Shown one piece after another: positions 23,784 to 36,700 of a stretch of 64,000 nucleotides of DNA. Origin of the DNA: Schizochytrium sp. TIO01 (lineage: Eukaryota; Protista; Bigyra: Labyrinthulomycetes); the NCBI GenBank assembly GCA_004764695.1, contig SMSO01000037.1, forward strand, positions 596,747 through 660,746. Reading direction: 5' to 3'. The notes under the pieces were generated by a model. The model was given only the letters and a program-made list of their open reading frames with translations. It was not told the origin of the DNA and searched no databases. Positions within the stretch are counted from its first letter, which is position 1. Each line of letters starts with the position of its first letter. The translations under genes were made by a program, and so were the position numbers.

Positions 23784-24677
23784 TGCGAGACTAATTCGTA
23801 GATGGAGTCGCACAAGCAGGAGTCGTCAAAAAAGCGTCTCGGCATGCGCGATGGTTAGAGATTTGGTTCTTTCATTCTTTGCATCTTTGTGAAAAGAAAA
23901 TATTTTTTTTGGAAACAAAAGAACTCTGTCATTAACGTTCATCACGACCACGTCCGAGGTCTCGTTGTTTAGGCAAGAGTGGTCTCTTCGAAGATCTCAT
24001 CAGTTGAGTCTTCACACAACTCGATTTGAGTTGCTCATATGTTTTCTATGTCTATGTCTTCAAGAGCTTGAATTTTTCCACTCAAACTGATTTGAGAGTG
24101 GCACGTTTGAGTTTTGACGATCCTTGAGAAATAATCAAATCATTTTCAACTCTTGAAGTCCTGCGGATCTATTCCTGCTGTTTATCTTGTCCTCTTGATA
24201 GAGTCTCCTTCATCTTTCTCTCGGGACTTTGATTCTCAGCCCGTTCGGCAAATGAATGAAGCAAACGAATTAAGCTAACAAGCACGCTCCGTTCATATCA
24301 TAAGATTACAGTATAAGATTATAGTATAATAGCAAAGGTTTTACCTTTTCCCAATGTTTCAACCTCAGTACTAATCCTTCGGAGGCGTGTTATAGCTTAC
24401 TTTGGCCGTCGCCATTGCTCATTTTTACAACATCTCCAACTGTTTTGTACACTAGTGGATTGAGCTGCATTCGCTGCTTGCTTTCATTCAGGAAAATTGG
24501 AAAGGGTGCTCTTCGTTTCGCGGGTTGGATTCCTAGTGTTTTTCGTATATCATCCTTCCGTGCCTTGTAATGACGCATGTAAAGAAGAGGCTCTGGTGCC
24601 TGCAAAAATGAATTTGGTTGAGCAAGCACCAAATCTGCAACCTGGCTCTGGTGTACTCTTCTCTCTCCCAGATCATC

Positions 24678-25346
24678 ATGTCTCCTATCTCTCCTCGTCC
24701 TGGCGTGGCCTACTGGCTTGGGGCACGTCTTTATTTGGGCGTGACGAATCGCTCGAATGCCGTGCCGCTCATTGTCCATCGCGGTGCCTCGTTCTCGATG
24801 CCTGAAGACTCCAATTTCGCCCCGCTGCCTGAGGGATACGAACCTTCTGCCGAGGACCTCGCCGCAGTCGTGGATGCTGCGTATGCAGAGGACCCCCGCA
24901 AGAAAATTCTTGGTATGGGAGAGAACGATGAGGGCGTAATCTTTGCCGGAATGGGCGAGCCTCTCTTACGCCTCGAGACAATCACCGAAGCCGCCAAGCT
25001 CATCCGCGAGAGCCGTCATGGAGTCCCTTTCCGCCTCAAGACCAACGGTCTTGTACCTGGCGGAGACAATGCTGGTGCTGCTGCAATGCTCAAGGAGGCT
25101 GGCATTAAGTCCGCCTCGGTTTTCTTGCCGGCGGCGGACCCCAAAAAATTCGATGAGCTCGCGAAACCCATTTCTCCAGAATTCAACTTCGGTATGGTTT
25201 GCGATTTCATCGGACAGCTCTCTGAAGCAGGGATTGATGTGGAGTGCACTACTGTCAAGCGCCCTGAGATCAATGTAAGCTCCATCCGACAGCTTGCCCT
25301 CGCGCTTGGTGCCACGGACACGAGGGTTGCTTCTTACCACCCTTAA
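24678..25346 (+). CDS. Homologue of bacterial TatD-associated radical SAM proteins lacking the CxxxCxxC motif
   Basis: YWLGARLYLGVTNRS, EPSAEDL, VIFAGMGEPLLRLE, RLKTNG, SVFLPAADPKKF and VECTTV..PEINV match the family pattern as I recall it. Strong C/G-ending codon bias. Confidence 0.75.
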   Translation: MSPISPRPGVAYWLGARLYLGVTNRSNAVPLIVHRGASFSMPEDSNFAPLPEGYEPSAEDLAAVVDAAYAEDPRKKILGMGENDEGVIFAGMGEPLLRLETITEAAKLIRESRHGVPFRLKTNGLVPGGDNAGAAAMLKEAGIKSASVFLPAADPKKFDELAKPISPEFNFGMVCDFIGQLSEAGIDVECTTVKRPEINVSSIRQLALALGATDTRVASYHP

Positions 25347-26379
25347 AAAAATTAAAATTGAGACATACATGGAGCTTTAAGATTAAGTTTGATGTAAGCG
25401 AGTCATGCTGGGCTCTCATCTTGTCGAGTGTTCTAACCAAACGGGGCACTCTGTTTATGTGGAAGTGATGCTGCTTGTCTATTTTTTCGGAGGAATAAAG
25501 TATATTATTGGGCGAATGGAAAAGGATAAGGATGTACACGAATAAGTGCGGGTAGATGGGGAGATTCTTTCGTACACTTTCGATGTAGAAGCGTGTCGTC
25601 TGACATTTTAATAACAGCAATACAGTTGATTTAATAGACTAATGAATATCTATTTCCATGGTACTTTCCTTCTTTTGTATCATCTCCTGTATGCTAAAAA
25701 AGTATTCTTGTGATGCTCTGTCTATGGCAGAACCTTAAATAAACTGAACGGTCTGTCACCCTCAACAGATCGAATGCGCTCCAGGTGAACGTCAAAAGTT
25801 GGAACTCCCTTATCATCCAACAAAATTTATTGCAGAGACAGAAAAGTCAGTAATATGAGGCAGGATAGTGATGCAAAAGGGGACATATTATGGGTATTAT
25901 TTTCTACTACTTCATCATAATCGAAATTAGATCGATCGCTCAGAACACGATCTGGTCGTCACCAAGATGACTATAAAAGTGGTGAAGCCTACAGTTAGGG
26001 TGTTGCTGGCTCAGCTATTACTCATTGCGCATTTCATCCGCCCTGTTAAATTAGCTGATATAACTATTTCGAAAAGAAGACCTGGTGCGGGTCTTGTATG
26101 GCATAGATCTGCACGAGACCATAATGAACAGGGGTTCTCTAATTCAGTCTGAAGTCTCTGGGCTGTTGGTAGGAGATATTGCGTGTTTGCGAGCGTCGAT
26201 AAAAACGTACGAGTGAAACGTGGAATAAAGGTTGATTCGTTGACGATTCAAGATCTACATCACCAATCTTCTTCGTAGTAACATCATCATTATGCTAAAC
26301 GAAAAAAACAACGACAGTAGTCCACTGAAGAAAGTGCAATCTTGGTCGCTCGTTGTGCGTTAGGATAGTACTTGTGGAA

Positions 26380-26772
26380 TTACTTGAGTTTGATCGTGCC
26401 TCCGAGAAGAATATCAATAAGCATGACGGCGCTGAGTGCAATAACAAGAACGCCTCCAAGAACGAGCGAAGGGGTCTCGTTGGCAATATCTGTATATACG
26501 CGCTTTTGGATCTTGGCGTTGCGCTGCCAGTAAATGTATGCTGCATGGATCGCGAACAGAATTGCGGTAGGCATGAGTGCCATACCAGCCATTTTGGCGG
26601 CATCCGTGGCGCCTGCCTGAACAACTCCCTGGCCAGCCTGGTCTGCAGCGTGGTCCGCAGCTCCGGCCAGCAGACCAGATCCAATGGCACCCATGAGCAG
26701 CGCCATTTTCATCCACGAGACGTACGTGCGCTCGTTCGCCAAAAGCACCTTGGGCTCAATACGAGTCGCCAT
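26380..26772 (-). CDS. VTC1: Vacuolar transporter chaperone 1-like (DUF202, 3 TM), polyphosphate synthesis complex subunit
   Basis: RIEPKVLLANERTYVSW signature, three hydrophobic helices, 130 aa. Confidence 0.88.
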   Translation of the reverse strand: MATRIEPKVLLANERTYVSWMKMALLMGAIGSGLLAGAADHAADQAGQGVVQAGATDAAKMAGMALMPTAILFAIHAAYIYWQRNAKIQKRVYTDIANETPSLVLGGVLVIALSAVMLIDILLGGTIKLK

Positions 26773-28933
26773 CCTGAAAGCTCCTGGGTTTACCGTCGCG
26801 CACGATCCGCCGCAAAGACCGTCGCCTCGCCACCTACGAGCTATGCTGCGTTCACTCGGGTTTGCTTTGCTTTCCTTCTGCTGCTTTATGCAGATTATAT
26901 TATTTGATACTGCTTTCTTTTATTGGCTTTCTCCAGCGGAGACTAGGCCCATGTTAGCGTATTCCTCTAGCACTGTACTTTTGATGATACAATTCACTGT
27001 CTTCTTCTGCGTAAACTGCATCAAAGGAGCGATCGATAGGCTAGCCAGCTTCTTGGTGGCGTTGGCGGTGGAGATACTGATGACGATTGTGCAGCATGTC
27101 TGGCATGTGATCAGCACATCTCATAGCGAGGCGATCTTTTGTAGGGGTGCAAGAGCCATTGCTGCGTATTTAATTTAATTCATGCTTTCCCCATTTTCGT
27201 AAAATGAAGAAGTTGCCACGATTATTACAGAAACTAATGTATAGCAATAAACGCAAAGAGGTCAATATGCAACAAACAATCTCAATCTCATTGCAGCTCT
27301 TCATGTGAGGTCAGCGACGAACACAGGCCCGCGGGGAGCGCGGTCGCGGCCAATGGACGAGGAGAGGGCCTTTGTCGCGAGCTCGTGCGAAGGTATTAGC
27401 GAAAGGCATTGCCTCTTTGATGGGTGGATGTGTGACAAGAAGTCACAGAGAAGGAAGAAAGTGACTAGATTCGCTTTGTGGAGGTTTGGGGATAGACTGC
27501 CTATAATAATAGGTGCTACTTACCGGCCCTCCTACCTAATTGCTAGAAGGCATTGGACCAAGAAGGTGTGACGAAGTGAAGTGGAGATTCATTCAAGGCT
27601 AGAGTTTGGGATGCTTTCAGCCACACCCTCGAGAATGGCAAGTCTAGGGTAAAGCGCCATAGGTGATGAAGCAAGGGAGCTAGCTGCCTCGTCTGCCTCT
27701 ACATAAGACCACGGGTCGGTCACTGAGGATTGATTAAGGCTGTCATGACTTGCAGTTCTACAGGTTTGGTTTTTCGAGTTATGGAGGCACTAGCTAGAGA
27801 GCTAAAGCACTTTAAAATCAGGGCTTCTACTCACTCACAAGAGACAGGGATGAGAACCTCTTGTGCCGACTCGCAGAGGTGCCGGGAGTCAACTTAGACT
27901 TTGAGGCCAGCAGTCCAAGGATTGGTCATGTGCAAATGTGAAAGGAATGAGACTGTTGCATTATGCTCGAAATATTTAGAAGGAAAAAAATGGCGTATAT
28001 GTACAGCAGAACCTAAAGAGCGTGCACCACAAATAGTTATTGAGATGTACGAGTATTGCTACATTTTGTTTTGGTCGGGTGAAACCCCCCAAAGCGTCTA
28101 ACTGTCTATTTGAACAGATGCTATGTATCTCACCAACGCTGCATCATAAGTCGTCGATAGCCTGATATGAAAAAGAAGAAAACTAAAGATACCACGAAAC
28201 GAGAAACCATTCCAGCATGTGCCATTCTACAAAGCATTTTTAAATTAATATGCAAGCCAAAAAAGCGGCAAGGACTTTTGTGGTGACCTACTGTATTTAA
28301 TTTGCTTGTATGCAGGCGAATCGACAAAGTGAAAGGAGAAACGTATGCTAGATGGAGCTACTACTGTGGGCCGCATATCTGCAATAACGAATGACTAGCT
28401 CTGCGCGTTTGGTAATATTTTGGTGTATACATGGTGGTGTCCAGTAATTCCAGAGGACGGAAGAGAATACATAGAAACATTCAAAAAGGCGGGGGTAGGG
28501 GTGGGTAAATAATACTCTGGTGAGAGCACATTTGTTTGCAAAAGGTGTGCCATGTTGGCGGCGACGGCAACGAAGGAAAGCTACGCAGTTACATTTTGTT
28601 GGCTAACTAGTGATTCGCACTTATCTATGCACAACACATTAGCATACCACATCACATGTCTGTGTTAGATAAATCAAATCGCCCTCCTGAGAATTGTTGG
28701 TGGCGACAGTCAAAATTCATGTGTTCACCACCCTAGTGAAATTAGACCGACAACATGTTGATACTTGCCTTATGATCAAGAAAAAAAGAAAAAGCTGGCG
28801 AATAAATGAAAAGAAAAGAAGAGACCAGCTGAATCGTTTCCACTCGTCGTGGTATCCACTACTGCTCAAACAGTAAAAAGAACTTGGCATTGTTGCATTG
28901 CTCAAGGAAGCATGATAGAAAATCAAGAACGAT

Positions 28934-31834
28934 TTACTGATGGTCCTTCTTGGCCATGCTTGCGTGTTGATATGGGTCATACTGCGCAGAGTAGTCATAG
29001 TATGAAGACGGAAATCCTTGGCCTTCTGGATGCACAATACCTTGGGGCTGACCCATGGGCACGGGTAACTCGAGAGAAGGTGGCGCTGCTGTGTGTGAAG
29101 AACTATACGTTGATGTATAGGATGACATGTGAGGGCTGTGCCGAGGAGTCTGAGGCGAACTATTTGGCCAAAATTCATAACTAGACCATGGCGCGTTCGG
29201 CGAAACGTGTGGCCTAGAGGAAGTGTGTGCAGGGTTATTATCAAGAGTTGTGGAGAGATAGTCTTGTCGCTGCACTGTATGCACTTGGTTTGGGTCTTCG
29301 GCATTTTGTGCTGACATAGAGGAGGAAGATGAAGAAAGACCGGTGGTGCCGTAGCCGCCCAAGCTATAGGGCACGGGGTTGTAAATTAGCTCTGGGACTG
29401 GAGGTGGTTCAGCCATTTGCGGCTGTGTCTGGCTTGACATCGATCCGGGCCTCAAAAGTCCGGGCTGGGACAGCTCCCCAGGATCCACATCGTGCATTGA
29501 AGAGAACTGAGTGCTAACCCCTGGCATGGTTAGGCTTGATGGATGCGGGGGGGCGTGCTCGTGTAAGCCAAGCGAAGCTGAAGAAGGATATGCTATAGGA
29601 CCACGGCGATGTTCTGAAGATTTCATCCCAAGAGAAGAAGCAGTAGTAGAAGAAGAAGAAGCACCAATCGCGCCGGTGTCAACATTACTGGCCAAATGAG
29701 AAACACTACCCGAAGGCGCATAAATTGGATTCTCAGCGAGAAGGTCTTCCGTCGATGCACTCATACCTGTGGGAGCCCTTTCGACCGATGTTGAAGAGAC
29801 CATAGCCCTCACGCCAGAGCTGCGGCTAATGTTACCATACGATTCACTTGGTGCATATAACTCCTGCAGTGCCCCAGGTGAGATATAGTCATCTCGTTGT
29901 TCATGCTGCTGAAGCATGTGGGGTTGGTGTGCATATATCGAAGATGGACGAGACTGACTCTCCAGGTGCATATGGGACTGTGGTGGTGGTGAGTGCATTT
30001 GATGTGGTGAGGCGGAAGCCGAGGGCGAAGATGAAGATGAGGAAGCTGAAGGCTGAAGATTGCGTTTGGGTGTCTGGCGCAGCAGCTTAAGTCGGGTCTT
30101 GATGCCCGCTTCGGTCCTACCAGGCAAGTAGGACGCAATCTCAGACCATTTGTTGCCTAGTCTACGTTGTGCCTGAATAATGAATACATCTTCCTCACTG
30201 GTCCATGCATCTCTTCGAATTTCCGGGTCAAGGTGGTTTAGATATCTCTCTCTGCACTGTTTGGCAGACCTTCCCGGAATGTACTTGGCAGCATACCCCC
30301 AGTTCTTCATGTGTGGATTCTTCGCGACAATATCGAGCAGTAGGTTGTCCTCTTCGGTGGTCCACCTTCCCTTAATCACCTCTGGGTTGAGTGATTTATT
30401 CCACCTTTGCAAGCACTGTACGTGTGACCTTCCCGGGACCTCCGTAGCAATTACCTTCCATTGCTGCCCATTATGTTTCTTCACTGCCCTCTTCAGCAGT
30501 TCATCTTCTTCTGGGGTCCATCGCCTCCTCTCCGTCTTGCCCTGCTTCGAGCCCTGCGATCCGCCGTCGTCGTCATCCCCTGGACTGCTAGTCTCCCTCT
30601 TGATTTGCTCCAGAATCTCGCCCAGCGGTGGCTCTGAAGCAGCAGAGGGCCTTTCCGCATCACTGATCATACCTACGTTCTCCACAAAGCCCCACTCCTC
30701 CCTCTCTGCCTCGTCACCGTCATCCCCACTCTCCTCTGGAACTGCAATCACAGCACCGCGGCGCACCGTGCGTCGGGCAGCTTGCTGGTGTTGTTGATGC
30801 GGAAGCAGTGAGGTGGCTTGCGAGGATATGGATGATGATGAAGATGATGAAGTTGCTGATCTTTGTGGATGTGTTTGTGCGGCAGCGTTTTGTGCTGCTG
30901 TGTCGAGGGTTGATGATGACATGGCGAGTTCCTGGTCATGGCGCCATGAATGCTGGCCCGGAGGCTCTGTTTGCCGCCTACGCTTTGGAGGTCGTTGGAG
31001 GGCGTTGCGAATATCGGCGGACTGGGGCCTGTTGCCAGGGAGCATCTGCGTAAGTGTGTCTGAATATCCTCCAGAGGTTTGGGTTTGGAGGTGGCGGTGC
31101 TGGGATGATGAAGGCGCAGATGATGCGGGACTACCATCATTAGGGGCCTTGTTGTGGCCGTGAAGAGAACTGAGGGCCATGGGTACCTCGTCGGAAGCAG
31201 GCTGAGCCGCAGGTTCCGGCAACCTACTCGACGGCGACGCGAGCAGGTCCCTTGAACCCTCCTCTGGCGTGCCGTGCAGGCGTTTTCTGGTCTTTCCCGC
31301 GCTTTCTTCTCCGTCTTCGCCTCTTTTGACGCCGGTGTTCTTCTCTTCGAGCCTCTGCAAAAATGGAGCTCGTTCTGGTGCCGCTGGGTCTTTGGCGTGG
31401 GGGCGCACTGCGGGCCAGCTGAGGTTACCTTGAATATAACACTGAGGGGCAGAAGAGGTGTAGAACAGGCGACTTTCTGCGGTAATTGCGGGAGGTGCGG
31501 GGCAGGCCTGGAGGAGTGGCGAGGTGTTCGCCTCTGTGGTTGAAGAGGGCGACGAAGAGGCAAGTGGCCGGAGCCGGAAGAGCGGGTGGTCCAGGGGCTC
31601 TCCCGAAGAGCACGAGAGAGCCGAGGCTGATTGCTGCCTGTCGTGGTAGAGGCGGTCTTGCTGTCGATGTCGATCGTTATTCTCTTGGCTCTGCTGATAG
31701 GAGGTCTCTCGGTACGGCTGATGGCCGAAAAGCGCCGTAGCGCTGGCCTTCGATTCGGGGATCTCTGCTCGGAGGAGCGTGTCTCGCTGTGGGGAACGCT
31801 GCGGGGAACCGAGTTCCGTGAGACCGCGCTTCAT
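28934..31834 (-). CDS. R1R2R3 (3R) MYB transcription factor
   Basis: Three Myb repeats at about 30070-30535 (WTPEEDELL...GRSHVQCLQRW; WTTEED...GRSAKQCRERY; WTSEED...GNKWSEIASYLPGRT) flanked by S/P/Q/H-rich regions. First ATG 31834. Confidence 0.93.
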   Translation of the reverse strand: MKRGLTELGSPQRSPQRDTLLRAEIPESKASATALFGHQPYRETSYQQSQENNDRHRQQDRLYHDRQQSASALSCSSGEPLDHPLFRLRPLASSSPSSTTEANTSPLLQACPAPPAITAESRLFYTSSAPQCYIQGNLSWPAVRPHAKDPAAPERAPFLQRLEEKNTGVKRGEDGEESAGKTRKRLHGTPEEGSRDLLASPSSRLPEPAAQPASDEVPMALSSLHGHNKAPNDGSPASSAPSSSQHRHLQTQTSGGYSDTLTQMLPGNRPQSADIRNALQRPPKRRRQTEPPGQHSWRHDQELAMSSSTLDTAAQNAAAQTHPQRSATSSSSSSSISSQATSLLPHQQHQQAARRTVRRGAVIAVPEESGDDGDEAEREEWGFVENVGMISDAERPSAASEPPLGEILEQIKRETSSPGDDDDGGSQGSKQGKTERRRWTPEEDELLKRAVKKHNGQQWKVIATEVPGRSHVQCLQRWNKSLNPEVIKGRWTTEEDNLLLDIVAKNPHMKNWGYAAKYIPGRSAKQCRERYLNHLDPEIRRDAWTSEEDVFIIQAQRRLGNKWSEIASYLPGRTEAGIKTRLKLLRQTPKRNLQPSASSSSSSPSASASPHQMHSPPPQSHMHLESQSRPSSIYAHQPHMLQQHEQRDDYISPGALQELYAPSESYGNISRSSGVRAMVSSTSVERAPTGMSASTEDLLAENPIYAPSGSVSHLASNVDTGAIGASSSSTTASSLGMKSSEHRRGPIAYPSSASLGLHEHAPPHPSSLTMPGVSTQFSSMHDVDPGELSQPGLLRPGSMSSQTQPQMAEPPPVPELIYNPVPYSLGGYGTTGLSSSSSSMSAQNAEDPNQVHTVQRQDYLSTTLDNNPAHTSSRPHVSPNAPWSSYEFWPNSSPQTPRHSPHMSSYTSTYSSSHTAAPPSLELPVPMGQPQGIVHPEGQGFPSSYYDYSAQYDPYQHASMAKKDHQ

Positions 31835-33173
31835 TGGGCGCGCCAGCGCCAGAGCGCAGCGCGAATTCTCGTGCCTACTAGTTGCACCCACCTTGCCTGG
31901 CGTGTTGGCCTGGTCCAGTCGCTGCCAGAGACAGCTGCTTTCCTGCAGACGCTGTTGGGTCTGTTATCCGAGTGTCTTTGCAGAGAGATGGATGTTGTTT
32001 TTCACTCTTGATTTGCTACTTCTCTTACGTATTAATCCACGCAGAAGAATAATTTCTCTCTGTTTCTAATTCTGTTTCTGTTTTTGTTTCTGTTATTTCT
32101 TTTCAGTATTTTCAATTTTTGTTTGTAATTTTCAAAAAGAAATGAAAAGAAACAAAAAGAGAGGGAGAAAGAAAGACGAACCTGGACTGGAAAAGAGGAA
32201 GGAAGAAGAATGGAAGAAAGAGAACCAAAGTCTGTGGAAAAAAGAGAACCTCACCACGGATAGGGTATCTTAGGGAGGTGCTAAGGGTTCTCTTCTGCGA
32301 GTGGCGGTTCCTATTACTTTTACTGGAGGAAAACCTTTTAGCGAGTTTTTTTTTTTTCTTTGTTTCTCTGTTGTCACTCAGTCTTTGTGCCTCTCCAAAG
32401 CGATGGAGAACTGAGTAAGTTGACGCGAAGAATCAGCGAACCTAAAAGTCCAACAGGCGAAGCGACTTGAAAATTATCACTGCCCAATTGGTCTTTCTTC
32501 TTCTTGTTCTTGTTCTTCTTCTTCTTCACGTCTCTTCTCTTCTGTCAGAGTGGTAGTAGTAGTTGTATGAAACGAGAATCGGTGAAAGAAATGACAGCAG
32601 AAACTAGAAGGAAGCTACAAAATAGTGTACGCGATACCAAGAAAACAGAAGTGGAGTTGGCAGGATGAGAAGAACCGCTGCTTTCTGTACTTCTACTTCA
32701 ATCGCTTCGCTTTGCGTGCTTTGCTCCTGGAAAAGCTACACAACTGAAAATAGTTCTCCTCTTCTGCTGACTGGCGGTGTAGGTATGTATATATGTAATC
32801 CGTATGGTTGGCTTCGATGTCAAATACCAAACGGAAAGCGCAATAAACGGACCCTTTCTTCGTCTGTTCCTTCAGTTCACTCGTCTATATGGTCCTTTCC
32901 CTGCTCTGGAGATCGACTGGCTCGCGATGGGCACTCTCCCTGTCTACTGTTCGATAGTTTCGATTAACAAGTTTGAGTCGATTGCTTGTTCTGTCTTTCA
33001 CCTGCACGTAGGAGAAGGACTTTTCCAAAGCGATTTCTAAACTTTACAAAGAAGCTATTGATGGTAAGCTAGGCAAACAGAAGAAGAAAGAAAACAAAGG
33101 GACTGGGTAAACAGGTTTAGGCCTGGTCGAAGCTGGAAACCTGCTTCCGGTGGCCAGTCTCTCCGTCTGCTCC

Positions 33174-33204
<31 letters not shown>

Positions 33205-33685
33205 CAATCTATCTATTCAGCTGCAAAGGTGCTCCTTCTCAATTCGAGTTACCGACGAAGAGAGAGGGAGTTCGACTGTGCCTCTGAAAACCTTGCTGCT
33301 CTGACCGGGGTAGTAAGCTACGTTGATTTCTACGTGTTGTTCGAGCCTTGGAGGGTGAAGAGATCAATCAATTGATCAATCCAGATCAGACAGAACTCTG
33401 CTGGAAATTGCTCACAATCCAGCTATGATCGACTGACGAAATCAATTGTGCAGTTGGTAGCGAGCTAGTTAGGTAGCTACGCCAAATACCCGTCCTCAGC
33501 GACTTACACGTAAAGGAGCGAGTGCGGACCGAGGACAAAGAATACTGAGCTGAGCTGAGATGAGGTGCTAAGCAAAGCAAAGCAGCCAAGGGCACAACGG
33601 TAGGTAGGACTGCAATAAGTCCCTACTTGCCGTGCTCCCTTCTCCTCTTCAAAAAAACCTTGCAGAGAACTTGAAGGCAAAATTA

Positions 33686-33686
33686 G

Positions 33687-33758
<72 letters not shown>
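33686..33758. repeat. (ATCA)n microsatellite
   Basis: About 18 perfect units. Confidence 0.97.
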
Positions 33759-36359
33759 CACAGCCACGTCCTCGTTTGACCAAACAAGTAGGTACCAGGC
33801 CAGGTAGTTAGTTGGTCTGCAGAACAACAGGATATTTAGAAGAGGTCCAAACGAAGTATAATTCAACCTGATGAATCTCGAGACGTCCACGGAAATCGAT
33901 TAGCCAGATACTGGTGCTTTACACGCCAGAGAACCCACTGATCTGCTCTTAAAACGAGTACAGCAGAAAAAGAAGAAGAAGAAGAACAAAAACAACAAGA
34001 ATCAAGAACAGGTGCCAGTAGTTTCCAAAGTTTTCGCTGCTAGGCTTTTTTTTTGTCTGTCTCTCTGGGTGTGTATGTGTGTGAGTGTGTGTCTCTCTGT
34101 TTGTCAGGGTGCTCTGGCTTCGCTGCAACCAGACACTTAAGTACTAATTAAAAAGCCCTCCTTGTTGGAGGAAGCGACGCAGTCCTTAACAGTAGTAAAG
34201 TAGTAACCTTCTTCTTTCTCTGCTTCTTCAGTCACGGAGGTGGTCCTTGCTTGAAATGGCTGACCGACTGACCGCAAGAAAACAAAGGAAACAAAGGAAA
34301 ACAAATGACAGAAACACAGCGGCACAGAAGATGATGCCAAGCTCCTCCACGAAACGTGAGAAGTGAGTAATTCAACGCACCAAGCGAATTCGAATTGGAT
34401 TTACTTTTCTTCTGTGCTCACTCTGTGTGCCTCAGAGCTGCCCTTGGAGCTGTTCTTTTCAATCTTGTTGTCCCCTGCCTGACTCTTAGCTTGCTTGCTT
34501 GCTGGCTAGTTAGTTCCCTTTTCTTTCACTTTCTTTGTTTCTTTTTCTTTTTCTTTTTCTTTTCTTTTTCTAAATAATAGTTTTTTAGAACCCTATGATA
34601 AGAAATTTATAAAAAAGAAAGAGAGAAAAAGTGAGGAAAAGGTGGAAGTATCAAGTAATATTCTTTTTCCAAGATAAGAAAGTACCTGCTTCAAAAGAAA
34701 TGAGAACGAATTGAACGAGGGCCTCCGTGGCAGATTGAAGATAGCAACAAACCAACGCGGTTTTGGTTACAATGTCGCCGCGAAGCGAAGTATCGGAGAA
34801 AACCCGACGCCCGGACCAAACACAACGCCTAGAAAGCAGTCGAACCGCAATGCATGCAGCACCGACCACTCACGTTCGGAAATAGCTGGGTATCTATCTA
34901 TCTATCTATCTCTACGTGCTCCGCACCAAGGTAGACGGACAGCTCAGAAATTGCCAATCTGCTCGAGAAGCTTCTTCTTCTGATGCTGACGTGAGCTGTG
35001 GCCTCTTATAGATAGATACACAGTCAAGCCAAGACTGCACAGCTTAAGCAAGCTAAATTAGAAGTCCACGCCGCCGCAGCTCAAGAGCGGGCAACAGGAA
35101 AGGACCGCTTTCAGCTCTGCGATCAATTTTACGCCTCTTCGTGCCGAATCGCGGCGAGGAGATAAACCCAAGTTCCTCCTGCACAGACCTCTGCTCTGCA
35201 CTGCACAGACAGTTCCTGCTTATAGATTATAGATTTGGCACCCACCTGAAAGTCGCGATCGCTCGCTAGCTCGATAAGGGCAGTCAGGCGAATAAGCAAC
35301 TTGCCGAGGGCTTTTGGCCGGCGCCCTGTAGCTATAGCTACTCTATCCTTTGTCTAGCTGTCTGGCTGGCTGGCTGGCTGGCTGGCCTGTTGAACGTGGC
35401 CAGCCAAAGCTCGCGAGGCTTTCTTGAAGACTCTGCCGTACGAGGTACCCTCTCGCTCTCGGTGGTCCGCTCTGTGCCGGTACCTGGTTTCCTGCGTATT
35501 ATCTGTGCGACGCCAGAAGGGCCCTCCCGAGGCTCTCGGCGACAATCGCCAGAAACGCGCTCAATCTCAGGAAAGAAAGAAAGAAAACACTGCCACAAGT
35601 AGCGAGGACTGATAAACGTAATTCCGAGCTGGTCGGGGTCCCCGCGCACACCTCTAGGGCAGACCTGCTTCCAAAAGACCTTTTGACTGTGAACCGCAGC
35701 TCACCACACAACCAGCAGCTCAAGTGGCAGCAGAAGCGGCGGGCTGGCTAATAGTTCTTTGTTTGTTTCTTTGTTTCTTTGTTTCTTTTTGTTTCTTTGT
35801 TTGTTTGATTGTTTCTTTGTTTGATTTAAAAAGGAAATAAACGAGTAATTGAGTGACTGGGCGCAGCGAGTATGCTCGAAATACTCGATAGATTTACTCG
35901 CAATCTACTCGATATCGGATGTGGACTTTGGGCTCTGCGTGGGTACCCACCCACTCAGTCAGGGCTGGTCCTGTACCTCGACGCTTGCTTTCTTGCTTTG
36001 CGGGAGACTTGCCACGAGAATATTGTGTCGACCTTGCCGACTTTTCCGAAATCGAGCGCGTACAAGTAGCAGTGCTGTTCCTTTTTTTCCCTACCGAATG
36101 CAGGGAGCAACAGTAATATTCAATCTCTCAGTCTGTCGATGCGTAAGCGAGTCCGTCAGTTTTTGTTATCGTCAGTTAGCCATTTCAGTTATTCATGCTT
36201 ATTCGGTTTGCTTGCTTGCTTCCATCGCTTGCTTCTCCCTGCTGCTGCATCGAAGTTATACAACCTCTAAGCTATAGAAAGGGTCTATGTCACCCCTTGC
36301 CCTGCCGGCTCATTTATTCCCACGTCTGCCCAGTTCCATCGACTAACCAAGTGGTATGT

Positions 36360-36406
36360 ATTCATTCATTCATTCATTCATTCATTCATTCATTCATTGA
36401 TTCATT
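36360..36406. repeat. (ATTC)n microsatellite
   Basis: Seen directly in the sequence. Confidence 0.93.
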
Positions 36407-36636
36407 CCTCTGATAATTTATTCACCGTGCGACAAATTGCCTCGAAAGGGCTCAGCGCGTATGGCAGATCGCAACAGCCTGCGCCAACCAACCACAAGAG
36501 TAGTTGGTACTCTGTCCACCGCCGTTCCATCATCTTCGTCGCCAAATCCGCCGTTGCAAGTCATCGCGAGAAGCCCTGCATCTCGTATTTGCATGAATGC
36601 ATGTATGCATGTGCCAAAAATGCATTCTTACATATT

Positions 36637-36700
36637 CTTGAACTTGAACTTGAACTTGAATGAATGAATGAATGAATGAATGCATGCATGCAAGCAAGCA
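36637..36700. repeat. Compound microsatellite (CTTGAA)4 (TGAA)n (TGCA)n (AAGC)n
   Basis: Seen directly in the sequence. Confidence 0.9.

Noticed and set aside
26773-27117. Possible N-terminal extension of Vtc1 by TAA readthrough from the in-frame 65-aa upstream ORF
   Set aside because: The upstream peptide is not protein-like, Vtc1 is normally about 130 aa, and the region has intron-like signals (GCTAAC...CTAG).
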